This document shows positions 20,156 to 30,383 of a stretch of 64,000 nt of DNA, in pieces. The stretch is taken from contig LBQD01000002.1 in NCBI GenBank assembly GCA_000990585.1, positions 184,016 through 248,015 on the forward strand, given 5' to 3'. The translations under genes were made by a program, and so were the position numbers. The notes under the pieces were generated by a model that did not search any database, was not told where the DNA came from, and saw nothing but the letters and a program-made list of their open reading frames with translations. Numbering within the stretch: position 1 is the stretch's first letter; each line of letters begins with the position of its first letter. Origin of the DNA: Candidatus Moranbacteria bacterium GW2011_GWE2_35_2- (GTDB lineage Bacteria > Patescibacteriota > Minisyncoccia > Moranbacterales > UBA9337).

Positions 20156-21361
20156 ATGTACAACAGAACAAACACACGACAGCCGCGTGCTAATAACGGC
20201 TGGAAAAAAAGACCGTTTCGAAATAATTCTCAATCGAGAAGCAGAAGATTTACGGGAAACACAATAGATATCAGACGCTTTGTTAATAAGGCGGAAAAAG
20301 TGAAAACAGAAGAAATTTTCAAACCAAGGTATTCCTTTGCAGAATTGGAGATTTCCGATGTATTGAAGCGATCCATTATTGGTCGCGGATATAAAACTCC
20401 TACTCCTATTCAAGATAAAGCGATCCCGGTTGTCTTGTCTGGACGAGATGTTATTGGTTTGGCCAATACGGGAACCGGAAAAACAGCAGCTTTTTTGATT
20501 CCGATAATTAACAAAATATTGAATAATCCAGAAGAAAAGGTTCTTATTGTTGTTCCAACAAGAGAATTGGCGATTCAAATAAAGGAAGAATTTTCTTTAT
20601 TCACAAGAGGAATGGGTATTTATTCTGTCGTTGTTGTTGGGGGTGCCAGTATTCAAAGACAGATTATGGAACTGCGATCGCGGCATAACGTGGTAATTGG
20701 AACGCCAGGAAGATTGAAGGATTTGATTGACCGAAAGGTGCTTAATTTATCTCGAGTCGGGAATGTAGTTCTTGATGAGGCCGACAGAATGTTGGATATG
20801 GGATTTATTAATGATGTTAAATTACTTTTATCGCTTGTGGCGAAAGAAAGACAAATAATGCTTTTCTCCGCAACATTTTCAGCGGAAATCGAAAAATTAG
20901 TAAGACAGTTTTTGGTTAACCCAGAACGAATCTCTATTGTAACCAGAGAAACCTCCAAACAAATCGATCAGGATATTGTTCGTGTGGCGGGAGGCGAAGA
21001 TAAAATTGAAGTTTTATGCGGAATGCTTGTTCAAACTCATTTTGAAAAGGTGCTGGTATTTACTCGCACAAAGCATGGAGCGGATAAACTTTGCAAAAGA
21101 CTGTATGAAAAAGGATTGAAATCGGAAGCTATTCATGGTAATAAACCACAAAATAGACGTCAGCGAGCACTTAAAATGTTTAAAGATAGCATGATCAATA
21201 TTCTCGTAGCGACTGATGTTGCAGCTAGGGGATTGGATATTCCCAACGTGAGTCACGTCATTAATTTTGATGTTCCGGCTACGTATGAAGATTATGTGCA
21301 TCGAATTGGACGTACCGGTCGGGCGGATCAAAAAGGAATAGCATTGACTTTTGTTGATTAG
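20156..21361 (+). CDS. DEAD-box ATP-dependent RNA helicase
   Basis: Q-motif, ANTGTGKTAAF, VLDEADRMLDMGF, SAT, HRIGRTGR motifs. Confidence 0.9.
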   Translation: MYNRTNTRQPRANNGWKKRPFRNNSQSRSRRFTGNTIDIRRFVNKAEKVKTEEIFKPRYSFAELEISDVLKRSIIGRGYKTPTPIQDKAIPVVLSGRDVIGLANTGTGKTAAFLIPIINKILNNPEEKVLIVVPTRELAIQIKEEFSLFTRGMGIYSVVVVGGASIQRQIMELRSRHNVVIGTPGRLKDLIDRKVLNLSRVGNVVLDEADRMLDMGFINDVKLLLSLVAKERQIMLFSATFSAEIEKLVRQFLVNPERISIVTRETSKQIDQDIVRVAGGEDKIEVLCGMLVQTHFEKVLVFTRTKHGADKLCKRLYEKGLKSEAIHGNKPQNRRQRALKMFKDSMINILVATDVAARGLDIPNVSHVINFDVPATYEDYVHRIGRTGRADQKGIALTFVD

Positions 21362-21372
21362 AGTAAGAAATA

Positions 21373-21407
21373 AAAAAGCATATCTTTCGGGATATGTCTT
21401 TTTTATT
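21373..21407. terminator. hairpin between convergent helicase and ABC-F genes
   Basis: AAAAAAGCATATC-tttcggg-GATATGTCTTTTTT. Confidence 0.5.
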
Positions 21408-21432
21408 TATGCTTTTAAAAATATTCGCCCAG

Positions 21433-22884
21433 TTATTTTTCTAAGTTCAATATTTCATCAATGCGGATTTGCTGGACGAATTCATTGACATGGCTCACTA
21501 GAATCATCGCGCCCTTGTAATCATTCAGGGCTTTGGCGATGATTGGCAGATGGCGGAAGTTTATGTGATTGGTCGGTTCATCCAAAATGAGCAGTCCCGG
21601 TTGTTGGAGTGTTAGGCGGGCAAAAGCCACTAACCCTTTTTGTCCTTCGGAAAGTGATCCGATTTTGGTGCCGATAATTTTTTTATCAATAAGAAATCCG
21701 GAGGCGACAGAGCGCATCACTTCTTCGTCTTTTTTCTCCATTACTTCCAAAAGCGAGTCGCGAACCGTATCTTCAAAATTGAGCGTTGAAAAATCTTGGC
21801 GATAATATCCAACCTTGATTCCTTTGGATATTTTGGCATTTTCGGATCTTCCTGATGCCAGTGATTCAAGTAGGGTGCTTTTTCCGATTCCATTGGGTCC
21901 GGCAAGTAGTAAGTGAGTATTTTTTTTGAGCGAAATTTCTACTTTCTTTTCTTCAATTTGGTGATTTTTAACGATTGTGAGTGAATCAATACTCAATATT
22001 TCTCCTATCAGTTCTTCTTGGGAGGGGATGGTGAAATTTCTAATCGCTTTATCTTCTCGGCGGATATCAACTTTGGCTTCTTCCATCTCTTGCGCTTTTG
22101 TACGCATTTTTCGTGCGACCAAACGCATTTTTCCTCCCTTGTTGGCAAAGAAGTTCGCCTTTTCTTTGTTGGCGATAATTTCTTTTTCGTATTGAGCGTT
22201 TTTCATTTTTTCTTTTTCAATTCGATCTGCGATTTCCGCTACCACAACATAATAATCTCCGAGATATTGTTCGATTTTGTGCGTAAAAATATCCAAATAA
22301 AGCACTCCATCTGTGAAAGAATTCAAAAAGTCCGCGTCATGGGAAATTACGATGCAAGTTTTGTCATAGTTTATTAAAAATTGGGTGAGGTGGGCGATTC
22401 CTGCTTTGTCCAAGTTGTTTGTCGGTTCGTCCAGGATGAGCAGATCGGGATTTTGAATTAATGCGGAAGCCAAAAGAAGTCTAGCTTGCTGTCCGCCGGA
22501 AAAACTCTTGATTATTTTTTCGTGCGGCGCTTTCAAATTTACCAAATCAAGTACTTTGTCGATTTTTGGAGCAATGCTGTATATTTTTTCATCGAAACAT
22601 TTTTCGAAAAATTCTTTGACAGTTATCTCCATCTGCTCGCGCGGAATGACTTGTTTGGCGTAGGCGATTTTGAGGTCTGGATCGACATAAATTGATCCGT
22701 CATCCGCTTTGAGCGAGCCGGTGATTAAATTGAGGATGGTGCTTTTTCCGGCGCCGTTTTGTCCCATGATTGTCATTTTTGTTCCGGCGCGAAGCGCAAA
22801 AGAAGCCTCATCGAGGATTGGTTTGTCGTGCCCGTATTCAAATGAAACCTTGTTAAAACGTATCGCTACATTATCTTTCGCCAT
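21433..22884 (-). CDS. ABC-F family ATPase (two ABC domains, no TMD)
   Basis: two Walker A (GQNGAGKST, GPNGIGKST), two LSGGQ/LSEGQ signatures, ILDEPTN Walker B. Confidence 0.85.
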   Translation of the reverse strand: MAKDNVAIRFNKVSFEYGHDKPILDEASFALRAGTKMTIMGQNGAGKSTILNLITGSLKADDGSIYVDPDLKIAYAKQVIPREQMEITVKEFFEKCFDEKIYSIAPKIDKVLDLVNLKAPHEKIIKSFSGGQQARLLLASALIQNPDLLILDEPTNNLDKAGIAHLTQFLINYDKTCIVISHDADFLNSFTDGVLYLDIFTHKIEQYLGDYYVVVAEIADRIEKEKMKNAQYEKEIIANKEKANFFANKGGKMRLVARKMRTKAQEMEEAKVDIRREDKAIRNFTIPSQEELIGEILSIDSLTIVKNHQIEEKKVEISLKKNTHLLLAGPNGIGKSTLLESLASGRSENAKISKGIKVGYYRQDFSTLNFEDTVRDSLLEVMEKKDEEVMRSVASGFLIDKKIIGTKIGSLSEGQKGLVAFARLTLQQPGLLILDEPTNHINFRHLPIIAKALNDYKGAMILVSHVNEFVQQIRIDEILNLEK

Positions 22885-23010
22885 ATTTTTTGATTTATAC
22901 GCTGAGTTTCAATAATAGCGTGTTTTTTAAATTTTGTAAATATAAAAACTTACGCACCGGAAATTTAGTGCTTATTAATATGCGGTATAAATTTTATAAG
23001 CACATAAAAA

Positions 23011-23799
23011 TCAATCAATAACGATCATAACTTTTTTACCTGTATCAACATCGCCATTATTCCAATCATGGATGGCATTCATAATAATATCTTGTTTGTA
23101 AATATAATCAGCACCTTTTTTGGTTCCTGGATCGTTAGTTATGAAGTCTCCATTTTTTGTGTATCCTTTGATCACTAGCATATGATATAGCGGTCCTGGT
23201 TGGCGAAAATTAGGATTTCCAAGTTGTTGTCCGGCAAAAGGAAGAATAATAGCTTTGTTTTTTGTCAAGGCGCTTTTGATATCCATGGCAGATGGATTAT
23301 AGACAACAGTCGTATTTCTTAAGTTAAAGTATTCCCGGAGAATTATAGCTGTTTCTTCGGCAGTGGTATCTTGATAAAATCCAAATCTGTCCATTTCGAA
23401 TTTTTGCAGCGCTTTTAATTTTTTGTCGGCGTCTTCCGGACTGGAAATCTTTTGACCTTTGGCATAGCTGGCCGCCATCAGCATCGATGCTTCCTCACAA
23501 AATTCTTGGTAGGGCATATCCCAATTTTGGTGTGGCGCCTGGGAAGTGAAAGGGATTTTCAAATTTATTTCTTGCGGCAATTCGGCGGGATTTTTTTCTG
23601 TTGGTTGCGCCTTGGGAACTTTTGTCGGTTCATTTGTTTGGGGGTTTTCTTTTTCCGCGCTCGTGGTTGTGTCTGAAATCGGGGTATGTATGATTTCAGG
23701 AGGGAGAGGCGGATTGTTTTTTGCTGCAAACAGAAAAACCGTTCCTGTAATGAAAAACGCCGCAAGAAGTATGACAATGTATTTTTTAAAATGGGACAT
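23011..23799 (-). CDS. secreted protein with C39-like papain-fold peptidase domain (putative)
   Basis: signal/TM, Pro-rich linker, SQAPHQNWDMPYQEFCEEASMLMAASY (Cys), HMLVIKGY (His), NDPG. Confidence 0.4.
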   Translation of the reverse strand: MSHFKKYIVILLAAFFITGTVFLFAAKNNPPLPPEIIHTPISDTTTSAEKENPQTNEPTKVPKAQPTEKNPAELPQEINLKIPFTSQAPHQNWDMPYQEFCEEASMLMAASYAKGQKISSPEDADKKLKALQKFEMDRFGFYQDTTAEETAIILREYFNLRNTTVVYNPSAMDIKSALTKNKAIILPFAGQQLGNPNFRQPGPLYHMLVIKGYTKNGDFITNDPGTKKGADYIYKQDIIMNAIHDWNNGDVDTGKKVMIVID

Positions 23800-23853
23800 A
23801 TTTTCAATTATATACTACTTTTCATTTTTCGACATACTTCTATTGAAAATTTT

Positions 23854-23883
23854 TTGCGACAAAGCGAAAAAATGTGCTATACT
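23854..23883 (+). promoter_or_regulatory. putative sigma-70 promoter with extended -10 for ytxH-like gene
   Basis: TTGCGA -18- TGcTATACT. Confidence 0.35.
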
Positions 23884-23994
23884 AAAAATATAGAAACGGT
23901 GATTTTTCGTTTGTTTTTCCTTCGGCAAGAAAAAGAAATTTCAACAAAAAGAAAGAGAAGAAATAAGGTAATAATTTTTTTAAAATAAAAAACA

Positions 23995-24396
23995 ATGCAA
24001 AAGAAAAAAAACAATTCAAAAGTAGTAGGGTTGGCAGTAATTGGCGCAAGTTTGGCTGCTATTGCGGCGACAGCTTATTTCCTTTTTGGACCGAAAGGAA
24101 AAAAGCACAGACAGCAAGCGAAAGCATGGGTTATCAAAATGAAAGGGGAGGTTATCGAGAAGTTTGAAAAGGCGCGGGAGATTACCGAGCCGGTTTATCA
24201 GGAGATTATCGATACCGTGGCAAGTGAATACAAAAAAGGAAAAAAAGCGAGCCAGCCGGAAATTGATGCGCTGGCAGTTGATCTCAAAAAACATTGGAAA
24301 TCAATGAGCAAATTGGCATCTTCCGCCAAGCAGAAAATATCCAAAGATGCTTCGCGAGTAGCCAAGACAATCAAGAAAGCAGGCAAAGAAAAATAA
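23995..24396 (+). CDS. YtxH-like membrane-anchored protein
   Basis: GLAVIGASLAAIAATAYFLFGPKGKKHRQQAK glycine-zipper N-terminus followed by helical K/E-rich tail. Confidence 0.4.
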   Translation: MQKKKNNSKVVGLAVIGASLAAIAATAYFLFGPKGKKHRQQAKAWVIKMKGEVIEKFEKAREITEPVYQEIIDTVASEYKKGKKASQPEIDALAVDLKKHWKSMSKLASSAKQKISKDASRVAKTIKKAGKEK

Positions 24397-24422
24397 TTTC
24401 AAAGATATCCAGATAAAAAACT

Positions 24423-24650
24423 ATGTATAATTTTAATCCGTTTATTCATTTGTTTGCTCCGGTTTTTCCGTTATTTTTGTTGTGGAGTATTTTCTGGAAA
24501 GGTCTGGCGCTTTGGCATTCAGGAAGAAGAGGGCAGGAATGGTGGTTTTTAATCCTTTTGTTGATAAATACTCTTGGAATTTTGGAAATCATCTATCTTT
24601 TTGCCATCATCAAATTGAAACCGGCGGAACTTTTCAGTAGGAAAATGTAA
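24423..24650 (+). CDS. small membrane protein, hypothetical
   Basis: 75 aa, two TM helices. Confidence 0.25.
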   Translation: MYNFNPFIHLFAPVFPLFLLWSIFWKGLALWHSGRRGQEWWFLILLLINTLGILEIIYLFAIIKLKPAELFSRKM

Positions 24651-24682
24651 GAAATGATTGTGCGGGAAAAAAATAAAAAAAT

Positions 24683-24712
24683 ACGCAAAATTTGCGTATT
24701 TTTTGTTGCTTT
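24683..24712. terminator. bidirectional rho-independent terminator
   Basis: AAATACGCAAA-ttt-TGCGTATTTTTT. Confidence 0.55.
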
Positions 24713-24782
24713 GAAGTCTGAAAAAATAGAAAACCCACCACCGAAGTAGTAGGTTTCTACCTTAATTCGATAGCGGGTTATT

Positions 24783-25547
24783 TCAGTGCCGCTTAGATAC
24801 GGCGCTGATTTCATCCCAACAAATCTGAGTCATTTTTTCAAAATCAATCGGGATGTTGACAGCAGCACGCTTCATCATGTGCAAAAGGGCGATAAGTGTC
24901 TTGTGCCATTTAATCACAGCATTCATCAGTGGCCACCTTTCTTTTGTCAGAAACTTTCCATATTTTAGGTACAGTTCACTGCCCTTAATAGTCAGCCCTG
25001 AATCTTGGCTAATTCCATTCACAACAGCACCGATTGAAAGCCTATCCATCATGTGGGAAGTACCACTTACAGATATGGAGTCATCCCAAAAGAAATGAGG
25101 ATAATTTTCGGGGTCGAGTATTCTCTCTTTGTCATCCTCTTTGATTGTTATAGTAATGGAAAGCCGATCAAGAAATTCGTGTAATAGATTTCTGTTGAAA
25201 TTTTTTTCACGCTCTCTGATTACGTCAATTTTCTTTCCAACATCCTTCTCTTGGATAATGAAGGGTTGGTTTCCTCTACACCACTTTTCCCACTCTTGTG
25301 AATGAAGACTTAGTTGTATTGGATAACCATCAACGAAGTTTTTCTCTCCATTTGTTATTTTCAATTCTACTGATCCCCATGGCAATTCACTTATTTTCCC
25401 AGTAATTACTTGAGGAATTTCTTTGGGTCTCAAGTAAAACCCAGTGATTCCATTATCAATAGAATCAAGAAGTATTCTGCCTGGATGTGGAAGAGATTTC
25501 AGTAATTTTGCAATTTTAACTTGGCCATTCTCAAATTCTTGTTTCAT
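24783..25547 (-). CDS. hypothetical protein, GC-rich (likely horizontally acquired)
   Basis: 254 aa, ATG with AAGGAG RBS; local GC ~45% versus ~33% background; no motif recognised. Confidence 0.4.
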   Translation of the reverse strand: MKQEFENGQVKIAKLLKSLPHPGRILLDSIDNGITGFYLRPKEIPQVITGKISELPWGSVELKITNGEKNFVDGYPIQLSLHSQEWEKWCRGNQPFIIQEKDVGKKIDVIREREKNFNRNLLHEFLDRLSITITIKEDDKERILDPENYPHFFWDDSISVSGTSHMMDRLSIGAVVNGISQDSGLTIKGSELYLKYGKFLTKERWPLMNAVIKWHKTLIALLHMMKRAAVNIPIDFEKMTQICWDEISAVSKRH

Positions 25548-25746
25548 GGTACACGCTCCTTCGAAGAAGAGAACCTGTTCTTCTTCATTTGATTTTTGTG
25601 AAAAGAACTAGTTTTCCACATTAGCCACAATAGCTACTGCTATTAATATAAAAAATCTAGCACGAAAATGATTTTTGTCAAAATAGTTAGTAGAGCCGTG
25701 GGTGGTTCACCGCACGGTTCTATCAGTGTCTTACAGGTACTCATCT

Positions 25747-26331
25747 TTATAGGCGAGTCAGGGCGTCCTTTACCCTTGCCTGTCCATCAGACGAGACCAT
25801 TCCTGGATACCATCGTTTGAAACGCTCCAGTAGCTGGTCTTCTTCTTCAGTTCTTCCATTCTTCTTTCCCCCAAGTGCGGGATTGGTCAAAGGAAGGCTC
25901 CATTTCTTTGTGAGTCTCGACAGAAAGTCGTCTTTCATGACGAGATAGTTGCAGCCATTATGATGCGTACAATATACTTCGAATTGCTTTGGCTGTTCCG
26001 CTTCCTTGGCAGTCATTATACCGGTGTGAATAAGAGCATTTAAAATACTAAACTCTCCGCCATTATGACTTTTCCACTGGAAATAACCGCTCAATCCATT
26101 GACCAATAACTCAAAGGCTAAGCACTGCATCATATTCCCAGAGACAGACTCGGGAATGAATGCAGCTATAGCAAATCCTGTGTTAGAGTAGGATGGATGT
26201 GGCCTAGACTGTAAATCCGTAAAGAGAGCCTTTGCAGCGATTATGGTAAGATGATCATTTTCTTTGATTGGACCATTGCCAATTGCTTCAGTGATTATTT
26301 GTTGTGCAGTTTTTTGCCAGGATGTATACAT
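25747..26331 (-). CDS. hypothetical protein, GC-rich (likely horizontally acquired)
   Basis: 194 aa, ATG with AAGGAG RBS; co-directional with 24783..25547; no motif recognised. Confidence 0.4.
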   Translation of the reverse strand: MYTSWQKTAQQIITEAIGNGPIKENDHLTIIAAKALFTDLQSRPHPSYSNTGFAIAAFIPESVSGNMMQCLAFELLVNGLSGYFQWKSHNGGEFSILNALIHTGIMTAKEAEQPKQFEVYCTHHNGCNYLVMKDDFLSRLTKKWSLPLTNPALGGKKNGRTEEEDQLLERFKRWYPGMVSSDGQARVKDALTRL

Positions 26332-26706
26332 AGCTAGCTCCTTCGTTCACTTGATTGGTCACATGATTGTTAGTATTTTTTGAAAAAGATGACAATAAAT
26401 CTGAAAGGTCCACTATTTACTTATTTCAGAGTAAGCGTTTTTTATATACACTCGGTTTCTTGAGTCTACGTAGCTCAAGTTCTGTGCATTTTTCTAGGTT
26501 TATTTTCATGCCATTTCCTCCTGAGTGGTGGTTGTGGGGGTTTTTGCTTAATTTTTTGAAATTTATTTGTTAAAAAACTGATTAGGTAGTATATGAAATT
26601 CCCAGGCTCGTGTCAATTTTTTCTAGTCTCGATTTTTCTAAATCACTAATATCGGAATTTAAGAGAATCTTTTGCTTTTTGGAATAAATTCAAATTTTGT
26701 GTTTTT

Positions 26707-27009
26707 TTAATTCCATATCAAAATAAATTCGCATCCTTCGGAACCTGCCTTGAGAAAATGCTTGGAACCTTTTTCATTTATAAGCAGATCTCCTTTTTGA
26801 TACGTTTGATTTTCATCAGACATACTTCCTTTTAAAATATAGTTATATCTTGTATCTGTGTGATTATGCAATGGAATTTTCTTGTTCGGCTTAATTTTTA
26901 AAATGGAAAAATTCAATCCATTTTTATTCGTAACGCATTGTTTTTCAAAAACATCTTTCTGTATTTCTTCCCATTTAATGGTTGTTGTTTTTACATATTT
27001 GTCACTCAT
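26707..27009 (-). CDS. cupin domain protein
   Basis: 100 aa with LHNHTDTRYNYILKG...GSKHF cupin-2 type His/Glu motifs. Confidence 0.55.
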   Translation of the reverse strand: MSDKYVKTTTIKWEEIQKDVFEKQCVTNKNGLNFSILKIKPNKKIPLHNHTDTRYNYILKGSMSDENQTYQKGDLLINEKGSKHFLKAGSEGCEFILIWN

Positions 27010-27077
27010 TTTTTTGTAAATTTATTTTATTACTCGCTTACCATACTACGATTTAACTATAAAAACAAGACTAGAAA

Positions 27078-27108
27078 TAAAAGGGGTAAGGCACCTTTTT
27101 TGTTAAAT
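27078..27108. repeat. ~30-nt upstream motif AAAAGGGGTaAGGcACCTTTTTTGTTAAATA (copy 1 of 4)
   Basis: near-identical copies at 33612, 34575 and 36867, each 40-90 nt upstream of a minus-strand gene start. Confidence 0.5.
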
Positions 27109-27324
27109 AGATCGCAAGTTAAAATATAAATGGAATCAGCGTCTTAACCTTATTTTTATATTCAAGATAGTCTGGAAAGTAGTTTATCAATATCCTTTCT
27201 TCTTTCTGAGCTTTATAATAAGCACCAAAGAAAAATATTACAAAAAATATTAGCCAGCCCAATGTATCAACATACAAAACAATTCCCAAGACCATTAAAA
27301 TCTCATTTTTTCTGCGTAATTTAC

Positions 27325-27360
27325 AAAAGCCGCCCTCATTAATGAGGCGGCTTTGTTATT
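27325..27360. terminator. rho-independent terminator downstream of DUF1428 gene
   Basis: AAAGCCGCCCTCATT-AATGAGGCGGCTTT hairpin flanked by A/T runs. Confidence 0.6.
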
Positions 27361-27371
27361 TTAAGTCAGTC

Positions 27372-27752
27372 CTATCCTTCTACTTCAACTTGAAAACCGC
27401 CGTAAGCCATTCGTTTCATGTCAAAAGGCGCGGACATATCTTTGTTTTCTTCCATCTTCTTGTTCATTTCTTCCATCACTTTAGCATTGACCTCATTTCG
27501 ATGTTCTTTGGATTTAAAGACTATGAAAGAAAACCAAATCGTATCCTCACTCGTTGCCTCAGTCATTTCAGGAAATGCACGTGCTTTTTCACCACCCATT
27601 TCTTGTGCAGCAAGGTCATCACCTTTGCATTCATAGTATTCAAGCGCGCCATACTTTATCCACATATCGCGACCGTCTTGGGCCATTTTCTTGTATTCCT
27701 CAACTTTGTCTTTTGGAACTACAAGCACGAATCCGTCTACATATTTTTCCAT
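27372..27752 (-). CDS. DUF1428 (YbaA-like) family protein
   Basis: 126 aa; MEKYVDGFVLVVPKDKVEEYKK...WIKYGALEY pattern typical of DUF1428. Confidence 0.45.
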   Translation of the reverse strand: MEKYVDGFVLVVPKDKVEEYKKMAQDGRDMWIKYGALEYYECKGDDLAAQEMGGEKARAFPEMTEATSEDTIWFSFIVFKSKEHRNEVNAKVMEEMNKKMEENKDMSAPFDMKRMAYGGFQVEVEG

Positions 27753-28031
27753 AATTTATTCACCACCTTTCTAGTATCTATTTTCGCTATTATTATACTA
27801 TTTACCAAAATCAATCGCAATGCATATTTATTTGAAATAGTAGTGAAAAAATTAGACCTAGTCGAAGATAGATATTGATTTTTATTATGATAAGTTTTAT
27901 TTAGATCAAGCAAGATAATTAAAATTATACTCAATTGCTTTTATCATTTGTTGGATAATTTATCAATATTGCAATAATTGTCAAACGAGAATAGTATTTA
28001 TATAAATATTAAATATAAAAATCTAATACTT

Positions 28032-29099
28032 ATGGGCAAGAATAATACTGCTAAAAAACGTATTGCCGTGATTTTTGGCGGACGATCGGGTGAACACGAG
28101 GTGTCTTTGAAATCAGCCTACCAGGTAATAAGTGCTCTTGATAAGAATAAATACGAAATTATTCCGGTGGCGATAACCAAAGTCGGTTATTGGCTGGTCG
28201 GGGAAAAGGGACGGAAATATTTGGAGGATAATTTGGGGCAGACGGGGAAGCAAGGTGGTGTGAAAAGTGAAAATAATTTTGAAGATAGAAATAAATTTCC
28301 GGAAAAATTCCCATCGGTTGATTTAGTATTGCCAATTATGCATGGCACATTCGGAGAAGATGGAAAATTACAAGGAATGCTTGAAATGTTGGGACTGCCA
28401 TATGTTTTTTCCGGAGTTTTGGCGAGCTCCCTGGCGATGAATAAAAGGAAAACTAAAATTATTGCAAAAGCTTCTGGTCTTAAAATCGCGAAAGACGTCA
28501 TAGTTATTAGGGGTAAAAAATTTAATACGGAGAAAATTATTGCCAAATTAAATTTTCCAATTGTCATTAAGCCGAGTGAGTTAGGTTCATCGGTCGGAAC
28601 TAGTTTGGCTAACGCCAAAGAAGAATTAGAAAATGGAATTAAAGAAGCTTTTAAATATGGTGAAGAAGTTTTACTTGAGCAATTTGTGAAGGGACGCGAA
28701 CTGACAGTGACGGTGATGGGAGATAAATCTCCAAAAGCTCTGCCGGTCATTGAAATTATTCCGAAAATTTCCGGCTGGTTTGATTATCGGGCCAAATATG
28801 AAACCGGCGGATCGGAGGAAGTTTGCCCGGCTGAAATTTCAGAAGAAATTCTAAAAAAAATTCAGCGCTATGCGGTCAAAGTTTTCAAAGCGGTGGGATG
28901 CCTTGATCTTGCTCGGGCAGATTTTATTTGGAGCGCCGAAGATGGCAAATTATATTTTCTCGAAATCAATACTATCCCCGGCATGACCGCCACAAGCCTC
29001 GCCCCGCAAGCGGCCGCCGCCGCCGGAATGGAATTTTCGGTTTTTTTGGACAAATTAATTGAGGGAGCAATAAGAAGAAATGAAAAAGAACAGAGTTAA
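28032..29099 (+). CDS. ddl: D-alanine--D-alanine ligase
   Basis: KRIAVIFGGRSGEHEVSLKSA N-terminus, ATP-grasp core, C-terminal EINTIPGMT; ATG at 28032 (track start 27978 extends upstream). Confidence 0.9.
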   Translation: MGKNNTAKKRIAVIFGGRSGEHEVSLKSAYQVISALDKNKYEIIPVAITKVGYWLVGEKGRKYLEDNLGQTGKQGGVKSENNFEDRNKFPEKFPSVDLVLPIMHGTFGEDGKLQGMLEMLGLPYVFSGVLASSLAMNKRKTKIIAKASGLKIAKDVIVIRGKKFNTEKIIAKLNFPIVIKPSELGSSVGTSLANAKEELENGIKEAFKYGEEVLLEQFVKGRELTVTVMGDKSPKALPVIEIIPKISGWFDYRAKYETGGSEEVCPAEISEEILKKIQRYAVKVFKAVGCLDLARADFIWSAEDGKLYFLEINTIPGMTATSLAPQAAAAAGMEFSVFLDKLIEGAIRRNEKEQS

Positions 29100-29269
29100 C
29101 CCTGTATTTTTTAAAATGCTCCCCCTGCAGGGTATGTTCCGCCACCTCAATATCGCTCAAATGGAGATGGAATTAAGCCTGTTTGCTTTTCAAGCCGTTT
29201 AATACTTAATAGAATTGTATAAAAATCAAAAGAGACTAAAAAATTTAGTCTTTCTGATTGTATGGGTAC

Positions 29270-29530
29270 TTATTTTATCCAGTCCCAATACTCTTTGTTA
29301 AGCCATCCATCCTTGTTTGTCGTAACCTGAATAACCAATAGGCTATCATTTTGGTCGATTTCGCTCCTTAATATAGCGGATATTTCAGACGTAGACTTAG
29401 TTGTTTTAAACAACCAAACAGATTCGAGTGGTTTGATATAATCTGTAGAAATTCGGTTTTTCAAAGATTCATACAACTTTGCATAATTTTTTCCGGGTGC
29501 CTTGAGATCATAACTTACTAGTACAATCAT
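29270..29530 (-). CDS. Cas2/VapD-fold small protein (orphan, putative nuclease/toxin)
   Basis: 86 aa; MIVLVSYDL...YAKLYESL...ESVWLF...DSLLVIQV matches Cas2/VapD beta-alpha pattern; no cas1 or CRISPR array in window. Confidence 0.4.
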   Translation of the reverse strand: MIVLVSYDLKAPGKNYAKLYESLKNRISTDYIKPLESVWLFKTTKSTSEISAILRSEIDQNDSLLVIQVTTNKDGWLNKEYWDWIK

Positions 29531-29700
29531 AATACTTACTATTAAATTGTCTTTTTGTGTTTCTTTTGCTAAAATGAATTAAGGAAAACATTTGTGAGAT
29601 GTAAAATAAAATACGAGTCGACCAATCTTTTACTTCAAAATATCCTCACAATATTTCAAAGTAAAAGCACTCTTATGTTTTACTAGCATTTGGAAACACG

Positions 29701-29727
29701 AAAAAGCTACCTCAAAGTAGCTTTTTT
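29701..29727. terminator. hairpin terminator at 3' end of ImmA gene
   Basis: AAAAAGCTAC-ctcaaa-GTAGCTTTTTT, 7-bp perfect stem with flanking A/T runs. Confidence 0.55.
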
Positions 29728-30383
29728 CTATTTCCAATAAAACCTAGATCTTCCAATCTAATTTGAAAAGCTTTTTTTGAGATACCGAATCGTTCTTTTA
29801 TTTTCGGATACACAAAATCAAGGTTTAATACTGATTTCAATCCTCCATTTTCAACCAATCCAAGTTGGGAAAAATAATTTACTAAATCAAATTTAGGTAC
29901 AAGCAAAGTGGAAGCGTATTTGTTTGCTTGCCATTCAAGTCTTTTTTCTCGTCCATCGGAAACAACTTTATTACTTTGAGATGGCAAAGGTTTTCCCTGC
30001 CAACCAACAACTTCACCATTTTCAAGACGCATCATTGAAAGGTGCAAAGAGAGGTGCCCCGCTTCGTGTGCCACGGTAAAATTTATTCTTTCAGGCGAAC
30101 AATTTGGATTAACATATATGATTTTGTTTTCAGGATCCAGATATCCCCAAATTTCATCATCTGATGTATCGGGCACAATTTCGTGAAAGACAATTTGAAA
30201 GCCCCACATTATTTCAATATAATTATCAATATCAAGTTTTTCAGAAGGAGCTTTATTAAATTTTTTTTGATAAATTTCTTTATATTTCCTAATATCCTGC
30301 ATAACCTGAAATTCAATCTCATCTTTCGTGAGTCGATATGTATCCACAAAGGGTATCCAATTTTTATGCAGTTTAATCTTCAT
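29712..30383 (-). CDS. ImmA/IrrE family metallopeptidase (COG2856)
   Basis: VAHEAGHLSLH HExxH motif in 223 aa protein; start overlaps XRE gene end by 11 bp. Confidence 0.75.
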   Translation of the reverse strand: MKIKLHKNWIPFVDTYRLTKDEIEFQVMQDIRKYKEIYQKKFNKAPSEKLDIDNYIEIMWGFQIVFHEIVPDTSDDEIWGYLDPENKIIYVNPNCSPERINFTVAHEAGHLSLHLSMMRLENGEVVGWQGKPLPSQSNKVVSDGREKRLEWQANKYASTLLVPKFDLVNYFSQLGLVENGGLKSVLNLDFVYPKIKERFGISKKAFQIRLEDLGFIGNRKKLL

